Of a stretch of 64,000 bases of DNA, positions 49,826-61,660 are shown in pieces (the first letter of the stretch is position 1; every line of letters begins with the position of its first letter). Position numbers and translations under genes: made by a program. The stretch comes from Euprymna scolopes (Eukaryota), in NCBI GenBank assembly GCA_053919585.1, contig CM132784.1. The stretch is one strand, 5' to 3'. Under the pieces are notes generated by a model. It was not told where the DNA came from, did no database searches, and was given only the letters and a program-made list of their open reading frames with translations.

Positions 49826-52656
49826 CTTTTGATTTTATTAATAGGCAACAAATGAGTGGTTCATATTTCTCAGTGATTTTTGTTCGGAAGGTTTAACAGA
49901 TTATTGCATATTTTTAGATCTTTCCTATGAAAATAACTTCTCTATAAAATAATAAATATGGGAATTTATCAGATAATAATTTTTTTCAATCTATTATTTT
50001 TTTAACTTATTTTTGTTTTATTCTTGTAGTTTTTCCGTATATTTCACACATGCAAACTTCACAATTTCTAGAAGGCAAATATTTAAAAGAATAACTTTTT
50101 ACCCCTCTTACTTTTTTTTCTTTCATAAATTAGGAATAGATATTAAAACAATCTTCCTCAAATGGTTAAGGCTTTTCTTTTGTTTTTTCATAGCTAAATA
50201 TTAAAATTTCAAGTGAACATTTCTTTATTTGTGTAGCATTTTGCAGTTGACTAATTACGCTGTTCAGAAATTTCACATTGTATTACACTTTCTGTTAAAT
50301 TTAAACAATTTAGTATAAATTATAAAATTTATGCTTAACCTTTTGGAGGTTAGGGTATAAACATTTCTCTTATCTCACCGAATAATCCCTATTTTTTCTT
50401 GGAAATTTTTTTTTAATAGTATAAAGTTTTTAAATTGCCTTTATATGAATAAGAGTTAAACATTTTTAAATTAAATAATAGACGAAATGTGTTTTAAAAT
50501 TGCTATTTTCACCTCAAGTTTTCAAAAAATTATTTAATAATAATTTAAAAAATGAAATAGAAATGTTTAAGTGACATTAAAAATAATTAGCATGCTTGCT
50601 GAATAATTTCAAATTAAAAATACATTAATTTTACATAATTTATTTGACATATTTTGTTTCAAAGAAAAAATGGCTATCCAGAAATACATTTAAGTATTTC
50701 TTTTATTTTAAATTTAAAACATTTTATTAAACTCTTTTGATGTTTCTTCATAAAAAGGCAGTTTATAATATATATAGTTTTATTTTTGCTGTAGTTTGTT
50801 TTGTTTTTTTTTTAAATAAAATTTTAGCCTTCCTAGTTTTCCTCAAATACCTAATTCAGTTTGAAGGTCAGTTTTAAAAATGGTTCACAAATTTATTTAC
50901 AAAGGAGACAGTTTTAAATTTAATAACTTGTTTTAATTTGTTATTTTTTTAATGCATTTTTTTTTTAATTAAATACCAATTTTTTGGCTGTCTCGTCTGA
51001 ATTTTGCATTTAAATATATTTTTATATAATTTTTTTTTAATAAATTAAATGCTGGCACCATAAAATTGTGAGTGAATTACCAACTAAGCTAACATGCTCA
51101 AAGTCTAACAAAAAAAAAAAAAGAAAAGAATATCAACACTCATCATCATTTGATAAATGCAGCCCTCTCTCCCTACAAGCATATATGCTGTTGGGGTTTG
51201 GCACATTTTCTTTATGACTAACTTTCTTTTTCAAGATTTGACCAAATTAACACTATATTCAAATCCTTAGTCCTGGCATAACCTGATGCATTAATTTTAT
51301 ATATAATGTGTGTGTGTGTGTTATTTAGGCCCTTTTATTTTTTAAAATAGATGTAAACTTCTATTGCCCTTAATTTTGGGGATACTTTTGTTTAGGAGGC
51401 ATTAAAATGGTTGCCATGCTCTTTTGTGTTTCTTTGTTCTCTCAAGGAGCCTTCATATAATAATTATTCCCAGACAGCATGACAACTCCCACCCACACTT
51501 CATTATTAAGTAGTTTTCTTTCCTTGAGACAATGTTTCTCATTAAGTCTCAAACATACATTCGTATGCAATCCACAAAATATAAGGTGATGATTTTAACA
51601 AATGTTATTACATCTTAACAATCTTAATAAACGGAAATCTTTAGTATTAGATTACCTCAGCTTATTTTATGCCTAACACTGATGTATGGGGAGGAGGGGT
51701 GATAATATTTATTTTCAACTGCTTTATGTATTGCCATGCATGTTGCATTTTTTAAAAACTGATAAAAGGTTTATATATTTTTGAGGGTTTTCATTAAGTT
51801 TAGAGGTTTTTATTTAAAAGCTGCAGGTGGTTGTGTGTCCATACCACAAAACATCTTTTTTCTCTCTTCTCTCAATAATTATATTTATTTTGATACTTTT
51901 GTCTTCAAATTATAATTTCAGTTGTCATTTAATATGCATTATTATTATGATGATGATGATGATTATTATTAACTCTGCTCGATCGATTCATAACATTTGC
52001 ATGTATCAATATGAGGCCTCAGTAATGTTATCTTCGTGTCACAAAGTGTTTTCGGTTTTCAACATCACAGCTCTTCAACCAATTTATCCAGCTTGAATTG
52101 ACCAAAAACAAACTTTCATCTCTATAGCTAAATGCTATAATTCTTTCAGACATAATTTTACATTCAATTTTTGACACTTTTTGGTTTGACCATTATGTAC
52201 TCTGCTGATGATTCTCTTTCTATCCAAATGCTTTTTAAGATGTTTTCCTTTTTCATAAATCTATTTTTTTTGTTCTTATAATTGTTTAGCTGCTATAACT
52301 TGAATTCTCACCACACAAAATATACAATTAATTTTTCTTTTTTTTTTCCCCACTTATTGTAATGCTAAATTGTTTAAATGAAAATAGATTGGCATTGTTT
52401 TTTATACCTTTATTTACAATATTTTTCCTTTTAAATTTTATTTTAGTTGTAAAATTTCTTTATCATCAATTGTTTAAAAAGATTTGATCTATTCCTAAAA
52501 TCTATTTTAGTTATCAAGTGACATTTTTTATTTAATCGACATAAAAAAAGAACTTCCTTCCAGTTTCAAACAATAATGTAAGGCTGCCTGCTATAATGAA
52601 GAAAGGATTATGCAATCCCCAACCAAATCCTTTCTGAATTAGTATTATTAAATTAT

Positions 52657-52915
52657 AGTGGCAAGTGGAAGTACAGGAGGAGTGGAAACAATGTCAGAAT
52701 AAACACAAAGACTGGTGTCATTTTCCTTCCCTTAGACTGATTGCCCAACCAATATATACTTTACTATTTAATCCATAGTTGGAGGAAAAAATGTATGAAT
52801 TCATATCTCTGCCAAGAATGTTAATGAAACTAATGTAGTAGCTGAAACAAAACTTGAACTTGGCACGCTGAGCCCACAGTCTGCACCTGTAACACCATAC
52901 TACTTCCACAATTAG
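52657..52915 (-). mobile_element. tRNA-derived SINE carrying the type-B module at its 3' end
   Basis: Minus: gtagtatggtg..gccaagttcaagtt..ttggcagagatatgaattc..ggcaatcagtctaagggaaggaaaa then cattgtttccactcctcctgtacttccacttgccact. Confidence 0.65.
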
Positions 52916-54393
52916 TGTTGCAAGTTGCTTAAAGCATTGTGCATAGAATTCACAAAGAAGGTGAGCTAAAAGTCTAATTATCCATTAACAAGTAGAGTGC
53001 AAAAATATCAACGATATAACAGAAATCGAAAATGTCAACATCAGTTATGGATAGCTTCCATTCCAAAGTGCTTGTATTATGATTCAATTTGGATATGAAT
53101 TATTATAAAAAAATAAATTTTGAAATATTGTAAAGAGGAAGATATGTTAAGGGTTTGATCTAGGTGTATTTGAATTTTGATGAGAGATATAACATTATTT
53201 AAATTATTTAATTAATAATGCATCACTTTTAAATAGCATGGAACAGATCAAATCTTTGAAAACCTGAAAAACAAATATTTTCAATTAATCAGAATATTGT
53301 CTAATTCTTATTTTTTCAATTTTAATCTCAACCCAGGCTTTGAGAGTCTAGAATGCATGTTGAAATGTTACTTTTTATGATCAAAATAGTTTTTACAGTC
53401 TTTTTTTATTTTTTTTATTCATTCACCCTAATTGCTGAAACCAAAACTTCATACATGTAAAAGTTTTGCATATCATCAATTCTTTTTTATTGTCAACATT
53501 GTTTATATTTCATATTTATATTGTTTAAACAAGACTACGATAAAGGCAAGTTGATTATTTGTTTAACAAGAAATTGATCCAGTTATTTGCTATTTGTGTA
53601 AAGCTGTTACTACTTAATCAATGTGTTAGCATTGATTCAAGGTTTTTAAAGATAAAGCAGATTCTCTTTCCATTGTAAGAGAGTTGGATGGAGGAACGTC
53701 TTGTGTGTGTGTGTATAATGTTTAGTTCATAATCAGAAAAGAAATAGTGTTATAAAAATCAATGAAATGGTATTGATTTAAACATCATTTTATACATTGC
53801 TCCATGTTAAAAATTAAAAATATATAACAAATCTGATGTTTCTTCTGTTGTGGCTTAGTTCTTTTTTATTATTATTTGAAATAAAAAAAAAAGCAACATT
53901 TGAGGATCATGACTTAGGAGCATGAGTACCTGGTGTAATATTAGGATCTAAGGGGGCAGTGCATTGTAAGTTTTAAAATAATATATGTAAACATGGACGA
54001 AGAAATACTCAGCATTATATTTGGATTAAAAAAAAAACATGACGAAAATATAGGCAATTTTTCTTTGTTTATATATAATGAAAATATATAATGAAAATAA
54101 TGCAAAATGAGTATCGGACATTTCTATTTATGCGAGTGACCTAAAGACCAAACTTTAAATAATATTAGAGAGAGGCTGTACAATAAAGGGGCTATGAATG
54201 CATTTTGTTATTTTGCATTTAGCTTTCAGGTTGAAAGTTGTATGCACAGTCAATGTAAATGTAAATATACATACATACCTGTTGTCGAGGTTTCATTAAA
54301 ATGTGTATATTTACATGTGTAAATATATATAACGTGTTATTTACATACATCTAACAGCATCATCTTTCTGTAGTTGGCAGTTAATTGAGTAGA

Positions 54394-54665
54394 ACACATT
54401 ATAATCACATAGACACAGTGGTTCCTATTATATCACCAAAGTGAAGTTCAACCTGGTCAGTACTAAACTGGTTGACCATTTGGGAATATTATATGCTGTA
54501 TGTGTTCTCCATTTATATCAGCATTGTATCCAGTGGTGCTAGATTTTATCCTTGCCGCTTGCATCAAACATTACCAATTCAGGAGAGTTGTGGTTGGTAT
54601 TGCACAACCCTTTTATTACGATTACACATGCAGTCACCTGTACAAGTGGTGATTGAACAGAGGCC
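54394..54665 (+). mobile_element. Degenerate 5S-derived SINE (body type B)
   Basis: ataatcacatagacacagtggttcc..atcaccaaagt..cctggtcagtact..gaccatttgggaata..tgctgtatg, then cagcattgtatccagtggtg..cttgcc. Confidence 0.6.
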
Positions 54666-54886
54666 ATTGAATGAGTATTATTATTTATCATTATTAACAT
54701 AATTCTTTGGAGATGACTAATGAAATATTAGGACAAATGGAAATAAAGAACATTAAAATTGAAATCTCATTTATTCTATCGGTATAAAAATTAGTACTTA
54801 TGAGACAATATGAAATCCTATTGAGAGAAAAGAAAATTCATTTTGGTATAATACAACAAAGCATATCTAAAAGAAGGTTTGCTACA

Positions 54887-54925
<39 letters not shown>

Positions 54926-55159
54926 CTAGATATTTTTCGACTTGTCTTTGATACAGTGCTCGAGATGAGACAAGGTACTACTATCACAGAAGAAAATTAC
55001 CTGTTATAAATGTTTTGGAATTAAGTTTATAATATGAACACTATAATAAAAAAACTAACTTATCAAAGTGGTGGGAGTGACTGGCATTTTCATATTATTT
55101 TTATTTTATTTTTTTCCTTCAGATAAATTATTTTTGGATGATTTTAAGAATATACGTAT

Positions 55160-55464
55160 CCTAACAGGCCACCTAGCATTAGTTGTTGTCATTGTGGCTT
55201 CCTCCAGTCTTGACAGACTATGGATACCCACTGTAAGGGTGCCTGTGCAGTAAATTTGTGTGGCAAGTCCTGAGTCAACATTATTGCATACCAGTGGCAA
55301 GTGGAGATACAGGACGACTGGAAACAATGCCGAGATGAGCGAAGAGCACATGCAGCACCTAGAATTCCCAAATGGTCACCCATCTGATACTAGCCAGGCT
55401 CAATGTTGCTTAACTTTGGTGATCTGGCGAGAACCGATGTGTCAACATGATTATGCTGCATAGC
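55160..55464 (-). mobile_element. 5S rRNA-derived SINE (full head + body type B)
   Basis: Reverse complement of 55346-55464: cataatcatgttgacacatcggttctcgccagatcaccaaagttaagcaacattgagcctggctagtatcagatgggtgaccatttgggaattctaggtgctg. Confidence 0.8.
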
Positions 55465-57170
55465 ATTAGTTGTAGCATACACTTAAATATGATATTTTAA
55501 GTTATGCAATTTATTTTAGAGCCAATTCTTTATTGATTATTATATTGTACTCAATGTATAGTAGCAAATCCTCAGTGTAGCCCAATCGTAAAATATGCTT
55601 AAATATATTTTAGTTTGTGCAGATTTCATACTTATTATTATAGAGTTAATTCTCTATTGAATATTATATTACATCCAATATATAGTAGTGATTTCAAAAG
55701 TAAAAAAAAATAAAACTTGGGTGCCATCAGCTAGAATCGAAACCAAAACCTATAGCTCTCCAGTTTTATTCATTATTCTCTGAGCCATGTCCTAATGCAT
55801 AAAAAAACTTATAAAAAATAACATCATAAAAGATATAAATGTATATTTGTGTAGAAGTACATTTTCAGATGACTTCGCGCCTGCTAAATCCATTTTTTTT
55901 TTTTGTTCAAGTTAGACCTATTAGCAGTTATTTTTACCGACTGAAAACCAAATCTCCGACTATCAAATTTCAAGTCTGTGCACAAAAATTTAATAGAATA
56001 GTTTGGTAGAGACTGGATCACTTTATAGGTGCTGTTTTACAATTTGTCATTGTGCAGAGGGAGACAACTCTCTTTTACTAAGAAATTCATTTTTTTCATC
56101 TGATAATTTAAGACACTTGATGCAGCAATATTTTTTATTAAATCAAAACATTCAAAAAAAGAAAGCTGCGACAAATTTTTTTGATGTAACAAAGTTAATA
56201 ACAGTAATAATACAAAATGTAGTCTGTATGCGCCTATTAAGAGTAGCATTACAAGTTGATATTTTTCTTTTTAGATTATTGTTATTTTATCAACTTGCAT
56301 GAAAAGAGCTGTGTAAAAGATGCTTAATATCATTTGAATTATGCAAATACCCTCAGTAGTTAAAAAATTATGAGAATTTTAAGTGCCAAAATTTAGGCTT
56401 TTCCGTGGACATTTTTCTTTAGAAAAAATGGGCTAAATTATGTCCCTCAACATTTCAAGAAATTCGGTAATTTCGCCACCATTTATTTATTTTTCAAGCT
56501 ATTCTCATGAAACTTGGCACTCTCATGTAAAGTTGTTCTCTTTTTGATTATGCAGTCAAATTTGATGTATCTTTTTAACCATAAGCCATGAATTATAAAT
56601 TCAAATCTACAAATTTCAATTTTCTTTAAACTGGCGCATGGTATCATAAAGTGGGTGTCTATTCATGAACAAAACTAAGTATTATAGTGATATTTAAATA
56701 GCTTTATTGAGAGCAAGCATTTTCCTGCCTTCTCACCAAAGGAGAGCTTAATCTGGGTGTAGCCATTGAATGCCTAAATAGCATACATGGTTGGTATTTA
56801 CTACTCCCTTCAAAGAAAAAAAAATTGAGTAGATATGAATTAATCTCAGAAATAAATCGAAGAAAATTTTTCATATGGATTTTGGATTTCTGTAAAAGAT
56901 GGAAATTCCCATAGTCGACCAGAACTTATGCATTTTGGGACCAGTCGAATTCTCAATTTTGTAAATCCTCTCTATCTGGCCCAAAATATACCCCTATTTT
57001 CTGAGATGCAACCATAAATCGTACTCTACATGAATCCTTGATGTAGCATTCACAGTACCAGGATACCAGGAATCCTGATGAGCAACAACTGTATATTCAC
57101 TAGTTGATGGTAATTTTTTTCATTTCTATTCTGTTGTTTTACTGAAAATTCAACTATGTAAACAAAGAAA

Positions 57171-57555
57171 TTGTAATTTTTTACCTTGCTTCCACCTTAA
57201 CATTTAAAATGATTACTTCTATTGGTTTTAGGGTATGCTGAAAACAAATGTCGCATTTAAATTTTCTGCAAATAAATAGTTTTCCGGATATTAAGCAATG
57301 TCATTTCTTATGTTATCGCTGGTGGCCATTTTAGTACGCAAAGTGCGCAAATATAACCCCAAGAAACTATGCGCAAACACACGTACCAAGATAGCCACCA
57401 GCCATAACATAAGAAATGACATTGCTTAATATCCGGAAAGCTACTTATTTGCGGAAAATTTAAATGTGATATTCGTTTTCAGCATACCCGAAAATCTTAA
57501 AAGATAATCATTTTAAAGAAAAATGTTAAGGTGAAAACAAGGTAAAAATTTACAA
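57171..57555. repeat. Foldback inverted repeat, about 175-bp arms
   Basis: Includes a perfect 36-bp pair 57281-57316 / 57404-57439. Confidence 0.92.
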
Positions 57556-58434
57556 AATGCATCACAATGAAATTTTTTATCGAACCACCTAATTATTATT
57601 ATTAATATTTAGATATCTTCAGTTACAAAAAAAACAAAAAAAAATGGTTTGTTTTACAGATTTGAAAAAATGGTCTTGACAATGAGTTACAAATAAATTC
57701 AAGTTCAACGATATATTTTATTTAATTGTTAGATGAAAGTACAGAATAGTTAACAAAACACCCTCTCTTCCCTCATTTAAGAGAATACAAACTCGTTAAT
57801 ACGCTGACAGCGATGGTTAGCGCATCACTGACCATCCCTGTCATTGTTTCCCTTTAAATGATTTCAATTTCTATAAAAGATAACATTTTAAAGAAATTTC
57901 CGCACAATAATTATCAAATATTTACATATTATACATGAAAATAATTCTGAAAACTATCAATGAAAATGGATGATGTATACCGATTTATCTTATCAATTTT
58001 GAAATATTCTTTGTCAACTTTGTTTGGTCGCAACTTTGCTTCCTGTGGTCGTAAAAATAAAAATCAAACACTAGTAGAGATGGACTTCTTTGTTTATATA
58101 GCCTGTAAAATTTCAGCCATGTCCAATCAAATTTAACCCCGCGCATATGTATCCAAACGTAACGTATGAAATGTAAACATTGAAAAAACTGTTTCCCTTT
58201 TTGCTGTCATAGTTTTTTACTGTTTTTTTTTTTTATTTTAACTTGGAGTATAAAAATATTGAACACATAAAAGAAAAATAAATTAACATTATTGGAATGC
58301 TTATTCTATTCTATTTTCATCAGTGTAATTCTTTTAAAAATTGATCAACAAATAAAAAAGATATGACTTGTTGAAGCACATTAAGTATGTAATATTGCCG
58401 ATGTCCACGAAAATACAACATACGCTTGCAATGC

Positions 58435-59058
58435 TATTAAGAGAAAACCAATATTTTCATTAGATGAAAACGTTTTTTAAAAAAAATAACTGAGGCAACT
58501 TTTCTTTTATTTAATTATTTTTTTAATTAAGAAGTAAAGATTATGGTAAGGTTTAAAAAAAAAAAAAGTCTTTAACCTTAAAAATACAAAGAATAAACTT
58601 TTTGATAAAATAAGAATGAAATTTTCACAGCTGCAGCGATTTTTGTTTTTACTGTAACAAAGCTTATAATATTAATAACACCATCATGTAGTTTTTAACA
58701 TTAAAAAAATGGAAATGTGACGATAGTTGTAGAGGAATTGTAATGTTTTTTAAACAAAACTACGATTTATTTTATATGCTCTACAACTATCGTCACATTT
58801 TTATTTTTTTATTATGTTAAACTAGATGTTGTGTTGATGATATTATAAGCTTTGTTACAGTAAAAAAAAAAAAGAAGGTCACCACAGCTTTACGTTTCAT
58901 CTTTGTTCTATTAAAGAGTTTCGTTCTTTGTATTTTTTAATGTTAAAGACTAATTTTTAAAAAACCGTACCATAACATTTACTTTTTATAAATAGTTGCT
59001 GCAGCTTCTTTTTTAAATGTTTTCATCTTATGAAAATATTATTGGTTTTCTCTTAATA
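58435..59058. repeat. Foldback inverted repeat, about 290-bp arms
   Basis: Perfect 22-bp inner stem 58713-58734 / 58779-58800; outer tattaagagaaaaccaat / attggttttctcttaata. Confidence 0.9.
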
Positions 59059-59271
59059 ATAGTTGTGTAAAGACTACGTTTATTATTAACGTTATCAACT
59101 GTGTTACATTAAAAAAAAAATTTATTGCTGCTTTCTTTTTTTAATGTTTGAATTAAATAAAAAAAATATCGCTGCATCTAGTATCCTAAATTCTGAGATG
59201 AAAAAATTAACAAATCTCTAAGTAAACAAGTTGTCTCCTTCTGCATAGTGAACGATTATAAAACAGTACCC

Positions 59272-59276
<5 letters not shown>

Positions 59277-59337
<61 letters not shown>
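59277..59337. repeat. (TA)n microsatellite
   Basis: Direct reading. Confidence 0.95.
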
Positions 59338-59340
<3 letters not shown>

Positions 59341-59560
59341 ATAAATAAAGGGGCTTATCCTAACCCTATATAATTTCCCTCCCTCTAAAAATACTTAATT
59401 CTTACTTAATAGAATTCAATAAAATTGTTAACTATCTATTTTATAAGCACATTTTATCTTATGCTTTAAAAAAAAAAAAGCAAAACAAAAGTTTTTGTTT
59501 TTGGAGAATGTTTTTTCTTGTAAAGTGTTTTCCATGCTTCGATTTGTTTTTGTGTTTCAG

Positions 59561-59730
59561 GAGCTGATCCAATGTCTGGTGTAACTCCAGGTTCTACAAA
59601 TCCTAGCGGGCACCATTTAACAGGGTTGCCGCATTCATATCCCTCCCACCCTCTATTGGCTAATCGAGATCGGGAGTATCTCCACCCTGATTTGATCAGG
59701 GCATATGGTGATCAAGCCTTAGCACATCAG
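59561..59730 (+). CDS. RERE: RERE exon 14
   Basis: tgtttcag| ... CAG|gtaagt; GADPMSGVTPGSTNPSGHHLTGLPHSYPSHPLLANRDREYLHPDLIRAYGDQALAHQ. Confidence 0.88.
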
Positions 59731-59881
59731 GTAAGTAGCCAAATGATTATGAGAGAGGGAGAGTTAAGTAAAAATGGATCTTTATAGACTTCAAGGTGAG
59801 CAAATATGACAAGCATGTGGGAGACTTTGAATTTGTTTGAAAGGATGCAGTTATATAATTGGCTGATGTTTGTCATCAATA

Positions 59882-61106
59882 CAGGCAACCCATAAGTCAC
59901 TTTACATTTTAACAATTAACTTTTTTTCTATTAATATATTTTAATTTTTCTTTTCAGAATTATAAAATAGAATCTTTGGAAATTTTTGGTATGGATAAGT
60001 TTACAAAAGAACGAGTGAAGATAATTGAATTTTACTTTGAAAATAGACAGTCAATTGTTGCAACACAAAGATCTTATATGCGTCATTTCAATGTTCAATA
60101 TCGTCCTAGTAGGCCTGCAATAATGAACTTCGGAACTTTTTCAAGGGCAGGGTTCTGTAAATGACAGGTCTAGACATGGACAAGGTGAGGTGTAGCATTG
60201 AAGAGAACTTGACCACATTCACTCAAAGGCTTTCTCAAGAACTTGCAATCTCACAGAGTTCTCTACAGCACATTCAAAGAGACTTGCACATGAATTCAAT
60301 TAGTGCAATCTTTACAACCACCAGACTTTCAGAAATGACTAAATTATGCTGTTAAGTTTTAGGAAACTGCAAGAAATGAAGTGAGTTTATTCACAAGTTG
60401 ATCATGGGAGATGAGGCTCATTTCAATTTGAATGGGTATTTCAGTAAGCAGAATACCAGATTCTGGGGCACCGAAAATCCATGCCAAGTTCATGTGAGCC
60501 AATGCACCCAGTTAAAATCACAGTATGGTGTTGAGTAACCTCTGAAAGGGTTATTGGGCCGTTCTTCTTTGAAGATGCGAATGAAAATGCTGTGACTGTA
60601 ACTGCTAAGAGATATAACTAGTGAATTTTGTTCAACTTCAGTTAACAAACATGTCAGGGTATTGACGGTAACAAGATGGAGCAAATGCACATACAATTAG
60701 ACCCATAATGTCGTTGTTAACTGATGTTTCAGGATCAAAAAATCTCTCGAAATTCCGATTTTGAATGGCCTCCAAGTTTACCTGATTTGACAGCACCAGA
60801 CTTTTGGCTTTGGGGATATTTTAAAGACAAAGTGTATGCAAACCATCCAAGAACTTATGACAAACATACAACAGGAAATGCGTTCCCTACAACCTCTGAT
60901 GTTAAGAACTATCATGGAAAATAGCTTCGAAAGAGCAACTTTGCGAAGCTAAAAATGGAGATTACTTAAGGGACATTATCTTTCGTAATTAAGTCAGAAC
61001 AAATTTTTACACTCTAATGTCATGAAATAAAAAAGAATTTAATACAATCATTTAAGAACAAGCTGTTTCATTTTCAAACTGTAAAGTGACATATGGGCCA
61101 ACCCTG
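59882..61106 (+). mobile_element. Degenerate Tc1/mariner-superfamily element (rosa/maT-like) with both TIRs
   Basis: TA|caggcaacccataagtcactttaca ... tgtaaagtgacatatgggccaaccctg|TA; KERVKIIEFYFEN..SIVATQR, IMGDEAHFNLNG, WPPSLPDLTAPDFWLWGYFKDKVY. Confidence 0.88.
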
Positions 61107-61567
61107 TATTTAGTTTGTTTGATACTATATATAAAAAAGAAAAATATTTCCAAAACTCAAATTTGTTTTCTATAAATTCGTTTTATAAGCATGCACACAA
61201 GTAAACTTAAACTGGACATGAAATTGGCCAGGTGTACATCTTAAAACTCAAATAGGGATACCTGTGTATTTTGTTCCCAAAATTAACTTGGTCAGTGAGT
61301 ATGACAGAATGGTTAAAATTATTGCATTCTAATAAATCCATGGTTTGAAAATTTTTGTAAATCAAACATTGATTTTTCACATGTAATGGTATGTAGGTCT
61401 GATGTCAGGAATCTGTTGATACAATTCAAATTTTGTTTCATTATTTGTTTATCTTAATTTGCAATTCTGGGAGTATGTATGATGCTAATTGTTTTCTTCA
61501 ATAAAAATTGAACTCAGTCTAAAATAATGAAATTGATTTTTTTTTTTTTGTTTGGTTCTTATTTTAG

Positions 61568-61660
61568 ATCTCGGCACAGGCAGCACACCAAGAAGCTATG
61601 CAACGGCAGTTAGCCATGGAACGTGAACGATATGGAGCAGCTGGCCACATGCCTCATTAA
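61568..61660 (+). CDS. RERE: RERE terminal coding exon 15
   Basis: ttttag| acceptor; ISAQAAHQEAMQRQLAMERERYGAAGHMPH* resembles the remembered vertebrate SAAHQLQAM...LQRLAMEQ. Confidence 0.88.
   Translation: MSAQAAHQEAMQRQLAMERERYGAAGHMPH

Larger units (their letters stand above)
660..61660 (+). other. RERE: RERE / Atrophin gene, 5'-partial, 15 coding exons in window (1327 aa + stop)
   Basis: Spliced translation matches remembered vertebrate RERE motifs in order: GELVEYYYFWKKTP (SANT end), RPPSSEF.LSSASE, CRHCFTTTSKDWHH...[59 protein letters not shown] repeats, HTHLHVHQQD. All intron phases are compatible and the exon lengths sum to 3984 nt. Confidence 0.96.
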
